Part shown: positions 51,003-61,199 of the stretch, piece by piece
Layout: every line of letters begins with the position of its first letter
How positions within the stretch are numbered: position 1 is the first letter of the stretch
Assembly (NCBI GenBank): GCA_965209155.1
Contig: OZ242383.1
Coordinates: forward strand, 3,968,001 to 4,032,000
From: a bacterium
Lineage (GTDB): Bacteria > SAR324 > NAC60-12
Reading direction: 5' to 3'
Length of the DNA: 64,000 nt
The notes under the pieces: generated by a model
The model's input: the letters and a program-made list of their open reading frames with translations, nothing else
The model's database searches: none
What the model was told of the DNA's origin: nothing
Program-made: the position numbers and the translations under genes

Positions 51003-51565
51003 GTCATCACCACCGGCAGAGCCGGTGGCTTGAAGAGGCCCCCAGTATGAGGGCAAAACGTGTTCGTCATCGTAAGACGTGCTCGTGCTCGTGAACGAAA
51101 AAGGCTGCCATGTTAGATCATGAAAAACTCGATGTATACCAATGTTCCATCGAATTTTTAGCGTTATCTGTCCAAGTCATCGAAACAATGCCAAAAAGAT
51201 ACTCAGCCTTAGTTGACCAACTGAAAAGGGCCTCATGGTCGATTCCTCTCAATATCGCAGAAGGCTGTGGAAAAAAATTCCCTTCCTGACAAGCAACGAT
51301 TCTATGCATTTGCCCGAGGTTCCGCAATGGAATGCGCTGCTATTCTCGATGTTTTAAACGTGTTGAAGATCATCCAGCCTCCTTTATTTGACGAAGGGAA
51401 ACAGTTACTTCATCGCATTGTTTCTATGTTAACCAAAATGTGCCGTCGAATTCACTGACCGTTCACGAGCACGAGCACGAGCACGGCTCACGGACACGTC
51501 TCTCATGTCTGACCGGCAAAGCCTATCAGGTTCGCACCAGCAGAACTGGTGGTTTAATGAGATTA
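51003..51565 (-). mobile_element. Non-autonomous IS200/IS605-type element, copy 4 (563 bp)
   Basis: Same ends; TAAT target at 51566-51569 on the minus strand; one extra hexamer. Confidence 0.85.
51110..51458 (+). pseudogene. Four helix bundle gene with +1 frameshift in an A-run
   Basis: A7 at 51271-51277 vs A6 in intact copies; 349 bp start to stop. Confidence 0.85.
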
Positions 51566-51702
51566 ATTAGTGGCATATTTTCGCAGGATGCGTTATACTA
51601 TACCTTGGTTATGCGTGAAGATGGACTCGTCAGAAAAGATCTGCATTTTTATGTTGAATTGCAAGCAGGTTGCTTTCCAACCTATTTGAACCTGGGAAAA
51701 AC

Positions 51703-52389
51703 ATGTCCGAAGACAGACAGTCGATCGTCGTAGAAGAATACTTGCAGGAGATTTACCTCCTGCAGTCCACCAATGAGCCAGTCAAAGCAGTCATGCTGGC
51801 AACCCGCTTGCAAGCCACGCCATCTACCGTTCATGCTACCTTATCTCGTATGCAGCGCGACAACTTGGTACTAGTCGATAAAAAGAAAAATATTTCCCTC
51901 ACCGTCGAAGGAGAAGAACAAGCCAAAGATCTTGTAATCCGTCATAACCTGGCAGAGAATTTTCTATGCCATTCTCTCGGAATTCCTTGGTACGAAGTAC
52001 ACAAACACGCTCATAAATTGGAACATGCCATGACTCCCTTGGTAGTGGAAAAATTGGCCGATTTTCTGAAACATCCTGAATTTTGTCCCCATGGAGTACC
52101 TCTGGGAGGCTACGATGAAAATTTTTTTAAAGACAGTTTTTCTCTGGACGAAGGAAGGGCAGGAATGTGGGTCAAAATTCTGATGATCCACGAATCACTG
52201 GAAGAATCAGAAGAGTTACTCAAATACTTGCATGAGAAATCAGTAACCCCTGGAACTAAACACAAGATATCAGAAAAACTGGAGGCGACTCATACCCTCA
52301 TCCTCGAATCAAAAAATGGCTTAGCCAGCATCCCCTTTGATATCGCCCAAAAAATTCAAGTTGTCCAAAGTGGAAAAACGACCCATTGA
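51703..52389 (+). CDS. DtxR/MntR family metal-dependent regulator
   Basis: EEYLQEIY, RHNLAENFL, AHKLEH, CPHGVP, FeoA-like tail. Confidence 0.9.
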   Translation: MSEDRQSIVVEEYLQEIYLLQSTNEPVKAVMLATRLQATPSTVHATLSRMQRDNLVLVDKKKNISLTVEGEEQAKDLVIRHNLAENFLCHSLGIPWYEVHKHAHKLEHAMTPLVVEKLADFLKHPEFCPHGVPLGGYDENFFKDSFSLDEGRAGMWVKILMIHESLEESEELLKYLHEKSVTPGTKHKISEKLEATHTLILESKNGLASIPFDIAQKIQVVQSGKTTH

Positions 52390-52455
52390 TCCTTTCCGTT
52401 AAACCGGAGGGTAACAAACCCATCGAGCCAATCACCGTCCGATACTTATTGCCTC

Positions 52456-53061
52456 TCAACGAGCCATGAATTCCACAATTAGCTGGTCATCTACCAGGAT
52501 GGGAATCGTTGTCCGCTCTGGAACCTGAATTAAGGTCGCTTTCAAAGACTCCGTATCTTTTTCGATGTAAGGGAGTTTGTGATCATAAAATTTGAACCAC
52601 TCGACATAGCGATCAATTTTTTCACTCTTGGGTCTCAATTTAATGGTGTCTCCTGGTCTCAAGTGGTAGCTGGGTTTGTTGACATTCTTACCGTTGACGA
52701 GGAGATGACGGTGTATTACTATTTGTCGTGCGGCCCGCAAGCTACAGGCAAATCCCATGCGATAGGTCATATTGTCAAAACGGCTTTCCAAGCATTGAAC
52801 CAATGCGATATTGGTTTGCTCTTGTGAGGAGGCAGCTTCCTTGAAATAACGACGTAATTGTTTCGCCGAGACTCCATAATATGCTCTCAGCTTTTGCGTT
52901 TCTTTTAACTGCAGACCATATTGTGAGTCCTTTTGCCGCCTCATCGCTCCGTGTTGGCCTGGAGGTGCAGGTCGACGTCCCAGTGGGCAATTGACCGCGC
53001 CGCAAACGGAAACTCCAAGTCGACGACAAGCACGGTGACGAGGGATCGATTTTCGTGACAT
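52456..53061 (-). CDS. rpsD: 30S ribosomal protein S4
   Basis: PPGQHG, YGLQLKETQKLR, LESRFDN, ARQIVIH, LIVEFMAR. Confidence 0.93.
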   Translation of the reverse strand: MSRKSIPRHRACRRLGVSVCGAVNCPLGRRPAPPGQHGAMRRQKDSQYGLQLKETQKLRAYYGVSAKQLRRYFKEAASSQEQTNIALVQCLESRFDNMTYRMGFACSLRAARQIVIHRHLLVNGKNVNKPSYHLRPGDTIKLRPKSEKIDRYVEWFKFYDHKLPYIEKDTESLKATLIQVPERTTIPILVDDQLIVEFMAR

Positions 53062-53682
53062 TTTTATTTCCTTTCAGATGACATCTATCAGGTTATCGGG
53101 GTACTGGTTCAATTGCTGATTTTCATTTCAAAACTGTTTCGCTGTGAAAGAATATGAGATATCGGATACACCTCCACAACTCCTTATGTACTCTAATCGA
53201 CTCAAGAGTGACAAACTAATTTACCGCTTCGCATAGACTCCGAACTACCGTAAGAATTCAGATTTTTATTTTACGCATTAGCCTGGGCATTCTGTTCAAA
53301 GTCTGAGCGAAGACGTCTCCCTACTGAATAATCTTTTAAATTGAAGTACTGGAAAGATTAACTTTTTAATATATTTATTTAGAAACAAACAGTCAACTTA
53401 ATTTGAAAACGCAACGATAGAAATTGCTGTTTTCAACGGAAGCAAAGTAATTTTTACACTTGTTTTTGTTACCAATAAATACTAGTGTGATTTTTAAGTT
53501 ATAAAAAATCTATATTTTAATCCTTGATTTACTATAATTGTCATTTTCGGCTGGATTCGGAATCGAGGTGCGTGATAACACGAGGTCTCCGGATTCTGGG
53601 TTAAATCCAGTGTGATGAGACATAGAAATTAACAATCTTCTATATTAACAGAGGAAAAAACACTCGGCTAAATATCCTCAAT

Positions 53683-53784
53683 TGATCTCCGATCCATCAA
53701 AACCTACAGTAAATACCAGGGTTCGATGGACGATAGGGTTTGCGGGGAAACCTGCAGGCCTCCCGTGTTTGGAAAGGAGACATC
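53683..53784 (+). ncRNA. Moco (molybdenum/tungsten cofactor) riboswitch
   Basis: ctccga...acct...agggt...ggaaac...gcctcccgt...tggaaaggag consensus directly before moaA; the RBS lies in the P1 stem. Confidence 0.85.
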
Positions 53785-53786
53785 TT

Positions 53787-54752
53787 GTGATCGATCGTTA
53801 CGGTAGAAATATCAACAAACTACGCGTTTCCGTTGGCGAAGCCTGCAACTATTCCTGCATATATTGCGTGGAAGAAATTGGAGGACATCAAATCTCCCAT
53901 CGCCCATTATCACTTCCGGAAATGCTCACCCTGATTGGCTTCCTGAAAACCTATACCGGAATCGAAAAAATCCGTATAACTGGAGGGGAACCGCTTCTCT
54001 ATCGAAAGCTTCCGGAGCTGATCCAGGGGATAGTCTCCTTGGGGATCTCCAATATCGGCATCACCAGCAATGGTCATTTTTTCCAAAGACGCGCGTTTTT
54101 ACTAAAGAGAGCAGGCTTACAAAGTGCCAATATCAGTCTGGATTCGGTCAATCCCGAGAATTTCAAGCGGCTGGCCCGGGCGGGAAACTTGCAAAAGGTG
54201 TTGGATGGCATTGAATGCGCTTTGGCCTCTGGATTGAAATTGAAGATAAATGTCGTGGTCATGCGCGGGAAGAACGACCACGAACTCAACGATATTTTGT
54301 CCTATGCTTTTCCTCGCGGTATCGAGGTGCGTTTTCTCGAGTTGATGCAAATGGGACCGCTTTATCAAAATGGAAACAAGACTTCAAAAAAACCGGATCT
54401 ATTTGTCTCTATGCAAGAAATGCTCGAGCGTATCGGAAAACGTTATTCATATCATCAATGCAGTGCGGAGCAGGATTCCACCGCGCTGCGTTTTCAGACT
54501 GCGGAAGGTTCCTTTGGAATCATTGCCAACGAAAGTGCCCCTTTTTGCGCAACTTGTTCCCGTATGCGTTTGACGTCAACTGGAAATTTAGTGGGATGCT
54601 TGAGCAATCCCGAGGAATTTTCCATTCGGCATTTATTGGATGAGAAGGATGTGCCAGAAAAGCTCAAAGCTATCTTCACCCGGGCTATGGAGCAAAAACG
54701 AGCAACCACTTTCACCGGATCTTCTCTAATGATGTCCTCGATTGGTGGATAA
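53787..54752 (+). CDS. moaA: GTP 3',8-cyclase
   Basis: DRYGR, CNYSCIYC, TGGEP, FCATCSR, C-terminal IGG; GTG start after AAGGAG. Confidence 0.93.
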   Translation: MIDRYGRNINKLRVSVGEACNYSCIYCVEEIGGHQISHRPLSLPEMLTLIGFLKTYTGIEKIRITGGEPLLYRKLPELIQGIVSLGISNIGITSNGHFFQRRAFLLKRAGLQSANISLDSVNPENFKRLARAGNLQKVLDGIECALASGLKLKINVVVMRGKNDHELNDILSYAFPRGIEVRFLELMQMGPLYQNGNKTSKKPDLFVSMQEMLERIGKRYSYHQCSAEQDSTALRFQTAEGSFGIIANESAPFCATCSRMRLTSTGNLVGCLSNPEEFSIRHLLDEKDVPEKLKAIFTRAMEQKRATTFTGSSLMMSSIGG

Positions 54753-55040
54753 ACTGCAATAAATCTCCGGGAGATCGGAACCCGCTTTTCCTCCACTGAC
54801 TGGTGGAATGAGAAAATATTCATTACCGGCTTTCAAAATTGCCTTTTTATCGACATATTCATCCTGGTGCCCCACGCGGGTGTAGGGAAGTATATCTGCC
54901 ACTGCAGGAAAATCCTTTGCTAACAGTGAAACGAGTTGTTCGGCTGTGGTCCCTTCTTCGATCTCATATTGCATGGGATTTTGCGGAAAAGCGTCTTTTA
55001 TGACTGCGTATGCAAATAAAGTAATTTTCAATGTTTTCAT
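54726..55040 (-). CDS. moaD: MoaD/ThiS sulfur carrier with extension after the GG motif
   Basis: ITLFA start and LIPPVSGG motif followed by 20 further residues. Confidence 0.8.
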   Translation of the reverse strand: MKTLKITLFAYAVIKDAFPQNPMQYEIEEGTTAEQLVSLLAKDFPAVADILPYTRVGHQDEYVDKKAILKAGNEYFLIPPVSGGKAGSDLPEIYCSLSTNRGHH

Positions 55041-56185
55041 CTCTTCCGTTGCTTGCTGTTTCGGGTTTTTCAGGTTCAGGAAAGACTTCATTTATTGAAA
55101 AATTCATACTTGCGTTGAAACGACGCGGCTATTTTCCTGGTTACATCAAGCATGCCGCCGGAAAATACAGGCTCGATGCTCCTGGAAAAGACAGTTCCCG
55201 ACAACTTGACGCAGGTGCATCTTATTCCGTAGTTTTCACCGATGAAAAATGGGCCATGCACCAGTACGGCCCCCTTGATATGACAGCGCTCGACAGCCAT
55301 CCTCAAACTGATGTCTTGATCCTAGAAGGTTTCAAAAGAAGTATCCATCCTAAAGTGATTTGCGTGCATCCGGAAAAATTGGTTTCGCATGAATTGGCAT
55401 GGGAAAATCCTGATGCAGACCGTACTCTCGTGTGGGCTTATCTGACACCTGATGAATGTCTGACAAAAGAAATTAATTCGAAACTTGGGCAATCTTTGGC
55501 CTTCCAGCGAGATGCTATACAACCCATCACAGAGCATTTGCTGACAAAAATGAAACAACACTATCGACAGATTTTTCCACTCAAAGGAGCTGTCATGATC
55601 GGTGGCAAATCCACCCGCATGGGAAAGGATAAAGCCTGGCTGGATTACGGCAAGGGACCTCATGCGATTTATTTGTTTGAGATGCTCTCCAAAGCCTCTA
55701 CCATCAAGGAAGTATTCTATTCGGGAAAGCCTTTGAGCCCTCCTCCACCATCAATCGCTCCGCAAACTATCCTCTGCGATCGATTCCTGAATTTTGGTCC
55801 CCTGGGAGGAATTCTGACTTTATTTGAAAACGATCCAAAAGCCGCATGGCTTATTGTTGCGTGCGATTTAGTGGATTTGCAACCTGAAACGATTGAGTAT
55901 TTGATCCAAAATCGAAATCCTTTAAAATCCGCATCCGTATTTGTTAATGATCAAAACAGATATGAACCTTTGGTATCGATATATGAACCCCATATCGGAC
56001 TGCAATTGAAACGGGCCATGCTTGATGGCAAGCAATCTTTTCAAAAAATACTTCCTCAAATTTCTATCCAAAAATTGCAAGTCCCTTCCAACTTGGAAAC
56101 TCAGTTTCATAATGTCAATTCCGTGGAGGAACGACAAAGGACCTTGCAGCTTCAGAACTCTGAAAAAAAGATTCTCAGAAGGTAG
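55031..56185 (+). CDS. mobAB: MobB-MobA fusion (molybdopterin guanine dinucleotide biosynthesis)
   Basis: GFSGSGKT, IKH, EGFK then GGKSTRMGKDKA, GPLGGI, VACD. Confidence 0.9.
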   Translation: MFSSLPLLAVSGFSGSGKTSFIEKFILALKRRGYFPGYIKHAAGKYRLDAPGKDSSRQLDAGASYSVVFTDEKWAMHQYGPLDMTALDSHPQTDVLILEGFKRSIHPKVICVHPEKLVSHELAWENPDADRTLVWAYLTPDECLTKEINSKLGQSLAFQRDAIQPITEHLLTKMKQHYRQIFPLKGAVMIGGKSTRMGKDKAWLDYGKGPHAIYLFEMLSKASTIKEVFYSGKPLSPPPPSIAPQTILCDRFLNFGPLGGILTLFENDPKAAWLIVACDLVDLQPETIEYLIQNRNPLKSASVFVNDQNRYEPLVSIYEPHIGLQLKRAMLDGKQSFQKILPQISIQKLQVPSNLETQFHNVNSVEERQRTLQLQNSEKKILRR

Positions 56186-56190
56186 GCGAG

Positions 56191-57426
56191 ATGTCTGAAA
56201 AGAGGGATATACGGATGAAGGGCTTCCGGAAAAGAATTTCCGTGGAAGCATTCATAGCTTTGATTGACCAGCATACCACTATCAATCCCCCAGAACAGGT
56301 TACACTCACCGGGTGTTATAACAGAGTTTTAGCCGAAACACTCTATGCGCCAATCAACGTTCCAAATTTCAACCGTTCCGCAATGGATGGCTACGCCTTG
56401 AAGGGAGAGGAAACATTCGGCGCAGGAATCTACAATCCCATTCCTTTCAAAGTCATCGGACAAATCACTCCCGGTCACAGCTTCGGGGGAGCAATCCGAA
56501 AAGGAGAATCCCTGCGCATCATGACCGGAGCGCCTCTTCCTGAAGGTGCCGATGCCGTCTTGATGGCTGAGTACGCTGAACAAGTCGGAGAGCAGATGCA
56601 AGCCTTGCAAGCAGTTGCACCGGGAAAGAATGTCGGTGTCATCGGGGAAGACATAAAAAAAGGGGATATATTGATTCCTAAAGGAAGAAGAATCAGACCT
56701 CAAGATGCTGCAGCGTTGGCAGCGGTCGGAATAAAAGAAATTCCCGTCATTCAAAAACCAAGCGTTGATTTGTTGATAACAGGGGATGAACTCCTTAAGC
56801 CAGGTGAGGTTCCGGAAGGAGTTCAAATAGTCGATTCCAATTCAGTCTTGCTCAGACACTGTGTTGAACGTGATGGGGGGGAAGTGCTTTCGATTGAACA
56901 TTTGCCGGATGTCCGTGACGCTATCCACGAAGCGCTCCTTCATTCACAGGCAGATATCATTTGTTTGTCTGGAGGCACTGCAGTTGGAATTGAAGATTTT
57001 GCTCCAGGTCTCGTTGCAGAGTCAGGCGAATTGCTGGCGCATGGTATTTCCATGCGCCCAGCCTCCCCGACAGGGTTGGGAAAATTTGAGAATCGGTTAG
57101 TCTTTTTATTACCGGGAAACCCGGTATCCTGTCTCTCTGCTTATGATTTTTTTGTGGCACGTTCCATCCGGATCTCGGCAGGCAGGCATCCCCAATGGCC
57201 TTATCCTAAAGTAACTCTTCCGTTGGCAACCAATGTATCTTCCCAAACTGGCCGAGTGGATTATGTACGGGTTCGCATCCGGGATAAACGAGCCACGTTG
57301 ATTGCTACCAGTGGAGCGGCCATACTTTCCTCCACAACCAAGGCGGACGGATTTCTGATAGTTCCTGAAGCATCGGAAGGGTATGCGGAAGGGGATCTCG
57401 TGGACATTTGGCTTTATGATGCTTAG
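56191..57426 (+). CDS. moeA: Molybdopterin molybdotransferase
   Basis: SAMDGYA, IMTGA, TGDEL, LPGNPVS. Confidence 0.93.
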   Translation: MSEKRDIRMKGFRKRISVEAFIALIDQHTTINPPEQVTLTGCYNRVLAETLYAPINVPNFNRSAMDGYALKGEETFGAGIYNPIPFKVIGQITPGHSFGGAIRKGESLRIMTGAPLPEGADAVLMAEYAEQVGEQMQALQAVAPGKNVGVIGEDIKKGDILIPKGRRIRPQDAAALAAVGIKEIPVIQKPSVDLLITGDELLKPGEVPEGVQIVDSNSVLLRHCVERDGGEVLSIEHLPDVRDAIHEALLHSQADIICLSGGTAVGIEDFAPGLVAESGELLAHGISMRPASPTGLGKFENRLVFLLPGNPVSCLSAYDFFVARSIRISAGRHPQWPYPKVTLPLATNVSSQTGRVDYVRVRIRDKRATLIATSGAAILSSTTKADGFLIVPEASEGYAEGDLVDIWLYDA

Positions 57427-57500
57427 TGTCATATTATCTCAGCAGCGCCGCATGGAATAAAAAGCACTTGAAATCGAGCGCTCTTAGTTGGAAAAGCGTC

Positions 57501-59411
57501 ATGAGACAAAATCAATTTTTGAAACTGGCTACGGCGGAAGAAGCCCGGGATCGATTTTGGCAAGTAATCCGACCCCAACCTGTTGGAGAAGAGCAAATCG
57601 CTTTACAAGATGCCCTATACTGTGTTCTTTCCCGAGATGTAGTCTCCACTATAAATATCCCTTTTTTCGACCGTAGCAATTTTGACGGTTTTGCCGTGCA
57701 GGCAGAAGATACTTTTGGTGCGGAAGAAACCGCTCCTTTGCTACTAAAGCTCAATCCGGAAGTCCTCGCTTGTGGAGTCCGTCCTCAAATAACGGTACAG
57801 CGAGGAACCGCAACTATAATTGCTACAGGAGGCGTATTGCCACGGGGTGCAAATGGAGTGATTATGCTCGAAAAAACATTAGCGGGAAAATACGCAATTC
57901 AGGTACTCAAACCGATCGTACCCGGAGAAGGAGTTCTATTTGCCGGTTCCGATATCGGTGCTCATGAAACTGTCTTACGCAAGGGAGAAAAACTTTCCTC
58001 TCGAGAAACCGGCGTCTTGGCCGCAATTGGAAAAGACCGAGTTTGGGTTTGGAGAAAACCAAAAGTAGGTATAATTTCAACAGGCGATGAAATCATCGCT
58101 CCCGGCGTACCCATGGAAGTTGGAAAAGTTTATGACTCCAATGCCGTCATTCTCACTGATTCCCTGCGCGAAATTGGCTGTCATCCCGTATATTTTGGCA
58201 TTGTTCCCGATAACAAAAAATTGCTTGAGAAAACAATCTACAATGCCCTGGATTTGGACTTCATACTCCTCTCAGGCGGTACATCAAAAGGAGAAAACGA
58301 TCTCAACTATGAAGTGATTGAGCAAATCGGTAATCCTGGCATTCTCGTTCATGGCGTAGCCTTGAAACCTGGAAAACCCTTATGCCTGGCATCTGTCAAT
58401 GGAACCCCGCTCGCTATTTTACCGGGATTTCCCACTTCTGCGATTTTTTCATTCTCCAAATTCATTGCTCCCATTTTGCGAGTGATGGCAGGAGAAGTGG
58501 AAAATCCTGATGTGAGCGTACAGGCTACCATTCCCTTGAAGTTCAATTCGCAAAAAGGAAGAACGGAATTCGACATGGTCAACCTGGTCCAATCCAATGA
58601 AGGCTTCAGTGCATACTCCATGGGAAAAGGGTCCGGATCCGTAACATCCTTTGCCAAAGCAGATGGTTTTATCGAAATTCCTCGTGAAATGGAGATGCTG
58701 GAGGCAGGTACTCGAGTGCGGGTCCATGTCCTGGGGTCCCATGTGAAACCGGCAGATTTGATGATCATCGGCAGTCATTGCATTGGTCTGGATTATATGG
58801 TGGGATTACTTCAGCAACAACAAATTTTTTGTAAATTTATTCCTGTAGGCAGCCAGGGGGGAATTATGGCAGTCAAACGCGGAGAATGTGACATTGCCGG
58901 GTCCCACTTGTTGGATGAAAAAACGAGACGTTATAACCAACACCTCTTGGACGGGAATCAAGAATTGGTCAAAGGATACAAACGCAAACAAGGCATTTTG
59001 TACCGCTTGGATGATTGCCGATTCGACCGTTTAGCGGAAGACTTTGACAGAATTTTGCGAGAAATTTTAAACAATCCCGATGTCCGCCTCATAAACCGAA
59101 ATCGCGGGAGTGGTACTCGCGTTCTTCTTGATCAACTTATGGGGAATCATCGTCCTGCCGGATTTTTTTCAGAAGCCAAATCTCACAATGCTGTGGCCGC
59201 CACAATTGCGCAAGGTCGGGCAGATTGGGGCATGGCGATCGAAACCGTGGGCAAAGATCTCGGTTTGGGGTTTTTTCCCATGCAAGATGAAGAATACGAC
59301 TTTGTTATCTCCAAAACCCATCTGAACAAACCTGCCGTGCGAACCTTTCTGGAAATTCTCGATCGACCAACTACTCAAGAAGCTTTGGCAAAAATGGGTT
59401 TGATCCGCTAA
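57501..59411 (+). CDS. MoeA fused to a PBP/LysR-substrate-like domain
   Basis: DGFAV, STGDE, LPGFP, then GSH, NRNRGSGTR, EEYDF. Confidence 0.9.
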   Translation: MRQNQFLKLATAEEARDRFWQVIRPQPVGEEQIALQDALYCVLSRDVVSTINIPFFDRSNFDGFAVQAEDTFGAEETAPLLLKLNPEVLACGVRPQITVQRGTATIIATGGVLPRGANGVIMLEKTLAGKYAIQVLKPIVPGEGVLFAGSDIGAHETVLRKGEKLSSRETGVLAAIGKDRVWVWRKPKVGIISTGDEIIAPGVPMEVGKVYDSNAVILTDSLREIGCHPVYFGIVPDNKKLLEKTIYNALDLDFILLSGGTSKGENDLNYEVIEQIGNPGILVHGVALKPGKPLCLASVNGTPLAILPGFPTSAIFSFSKFIAPILRVMAGEVENPDVSVQATIPLKFNSQKGRTEFDMVNLVQSNEGFSAYSMGKGSGSVTSFAKADGFIEIPREMEMLEAGTRVRVHVLGSHVKPADLMIIGSHCIGLDYMVGLLQQQQIFCKFIPVGSQGGIMAVKRGECDIAGSHLLDEKTRRYNQHLLDGNQELVKGYKRKQGILYRLDDCRFDRLAEDFDRILREILNNPDVRLINRNRGSGTRVLLDQLMGNHRPAGFFSEAKSHNAVAATIAQGRADWGMAIETVGKDLGLGFFPMQDEEYDFVISKTHLNKPAVRTFLEILDRPTTQEALAKMGLIR

Positions 59412-59522
59412 AGAAAACAACCACCGTGTTTTTTGTCAAAAACTATGATAAACACGATAATGTGACTGATTTTTCATAGAATCCCGCAACCAAACATCGT
59501 CCTGACAGGCTAAAGAGTAAAA

Positions 59523-59768
59523 ATGTATGAACAATTGACCAATCTGTTACAGAAACGGCCTGCAAGGAAGGAAAAGAAAACAACAGACGGGGAACTGAAA
59601 GATTTGATCCATGACAATGCAAAACTCGTGCGTGGTGAGAAACGCATTGCCTGTTCAATAGCCTTGAAGATTGCGGTAGAGACGCATGTCAGTCCGAAAA
59701 AAGTGAGTCGCATTTGTAGTGAGGAAGGTGTGAAGATCCGTAGTTGCATGTTGGATTGCTTTGAATAA
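59523..59768 (+). CDS. Small Cys-containing hypothetical protein
   Basis: IACSIALKIA...KIRSCMLDCF; lies between moeA and fdhD. Confidence 0.6.
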   Translation: MYEQLTNLLQKRPARKEKKTTDGELKDLIHDNAKLVRGEKRIACSIALKIAVETHVSPKKVSRICSEEGVKIRSCMLDCFE

Positions 59769-59779
59769 CTTGAGGAAAA

Positions 59780-60694
59780 ATGAAAGAAAAAGTGGAAAAA
59801 GTGATTCCAACAGATGAGCCTTACCATTCGGATGTCGTGGGCGCGATCATGAATCGGCAGGAAGAGGAAGAGGAGGAAGAACCGGAAGAATTGGGACCTT
59901 TTATTGAAATTGAAGTCATAAAAATAAAAAATAATGCAGTCCATACAGGACCCAATCCAGTTGCCACCGAAGTCCCATTGACGATTGAAGCCAACAACAT
60001 CGAAGTGGCTACCATGATGTGCATGCCCTCTCATCTGAAGGAATATACCTATGGCTTTCTTTTTACCTCCGGTTTCATCAATTCTGCCCAAAATGTCCAA
60101 TCTTTTAGTTGTTCTGAAACCCGGTGGAAAGCGAGCCTCAGCTTACATAAAGATCCTGACCTCGAGATGGCAGGGAAACGAGTCTATACTTCAGGTTGTG
60201 GCAAAGGAGTAATGTACTCCAATGCAGTGGCGCTGGCATCTCGACAACCCTTGAGATCCGATTTCAAAGTGAAAAAGGAAGACATTTTCAAATTGGTCAA
60301 GTGGTTGCAAGGCAGTTCCGAGTTATTCCAGGCAACCGGTTGCGTGCACACGGTGGCCTTGAGCGAAAAAGGGCACCTGCCCCGCATCGTCATTGACGAT
60401 GTGGGCCGGCACAATGCGGTAGATAAAGTCATTGGCAAGGCCCTGATGGAAAATCTGGATTTTTCCCAGATGCTCCTTTTGTGCTCAGGCCGAATTTCTT
60501 CCGAAATACTCCTCAAAGCCCGACGATGTGGCATTGCTATTGTCGCCTCGAGAGCCGCTGCAACACATCAGGCAGTCTTGTTGGCAAGAGAAATGCAAAT
60601 GACCATTATCGGTTTCGTAAGAGGAAAAGCATGTACCATCTATTCCCATCCGGAAAGGATCGAACTGGAAGAAGACGTGCGGATAAACGATTGA
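59780..60694 (+). CDS. fdhD: Formate dehydrogenase accessory sulfurtransferase
   Basis: EVPL, TSGCG, TGCVH, DVGRHNAVDKVIG, SGRISSE. Confidence 0.92.
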   Translation: MKEKVEKVIPTDEPYHSDVVGAIMNRQEEEEEEEPEELGPFIEIEVIKIKNNAVHTGPNPVATEVPLTIEANNIEVATMMCMPSHLKEYTYGFLFTSGFINSAQNVQSFSCSETRWKASLSLHKDPDLEMAGKRVYTSGCGKGVMYSNAVALASRQPLRSDFKVKKEDIFKLVKWLQGSSELFQATGCVHTVALSEKGHLPRIVIDDVGRHNAVDKVIGKALMENLDFSQMLLLCSGRISSEILLKARRCGIAIVASRAAATHQAVLLAREMQMTIIGFVRGKACTIYSHPERIELEEDVRIND

Positions 60695-61045
60695 CGATTC
60701 CGCTGAAAACATACAATCCGATTAAATTGATTTCTGAGTGAAATCCGAATTTCCAATTCTGAATTCGGAAGTTGAAGTTAAAAGTGTCAATCTACGGGAT
60801 GGAGTAATTTAACAATGCTGGAAGTTCGGCTTGAATATCTGGGCTGAATGTAACGCATAGCGGGAATGCATCCAATGGTACCCAATTTATCATCTCGACC
60901 ACGGGAAGAGATCTTCAAAATTCCTCATATTCAGAATTCATCCACTTAAAGGGCTACCACTTCACAAACCAATACAAATTAGGATAACAATGCGAATCAG
61001 GAATTGAAATTTAATATATAAAATCAATGATTTAATAATTGTGAT

Positions 61046-61155
61046 GTGTCATGCTGGTCCCGAATCGTCCCGGACCTGATCCGGGACCAGGATGATCCGG
61101 CATCCAAAATATCGCCCGTATCCCCCTGGATTCCTGGTCAAGCCAGGAATGACAC
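61046..61155. repeat. REP-like palindromic doublet
   Basis: gtgtcat...atgacac termini; contains the exact reverse complement of the 24-mer at 16559-16582 and a tcccgga...tccggga hairpin. Confidence 0.7.
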
Positions 61156-61199
61156 GTTTTTTAACTCCTGATTTACGTTTCACAAGAAAGGAGAATGGT

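Noticed and set aside
60700..61045. ncRNA in the fdhD-SDR intergenic region
   Set aside because: Only short, degenerate palindromes resembling decayed REP-like repeats; no recognisable RNA family
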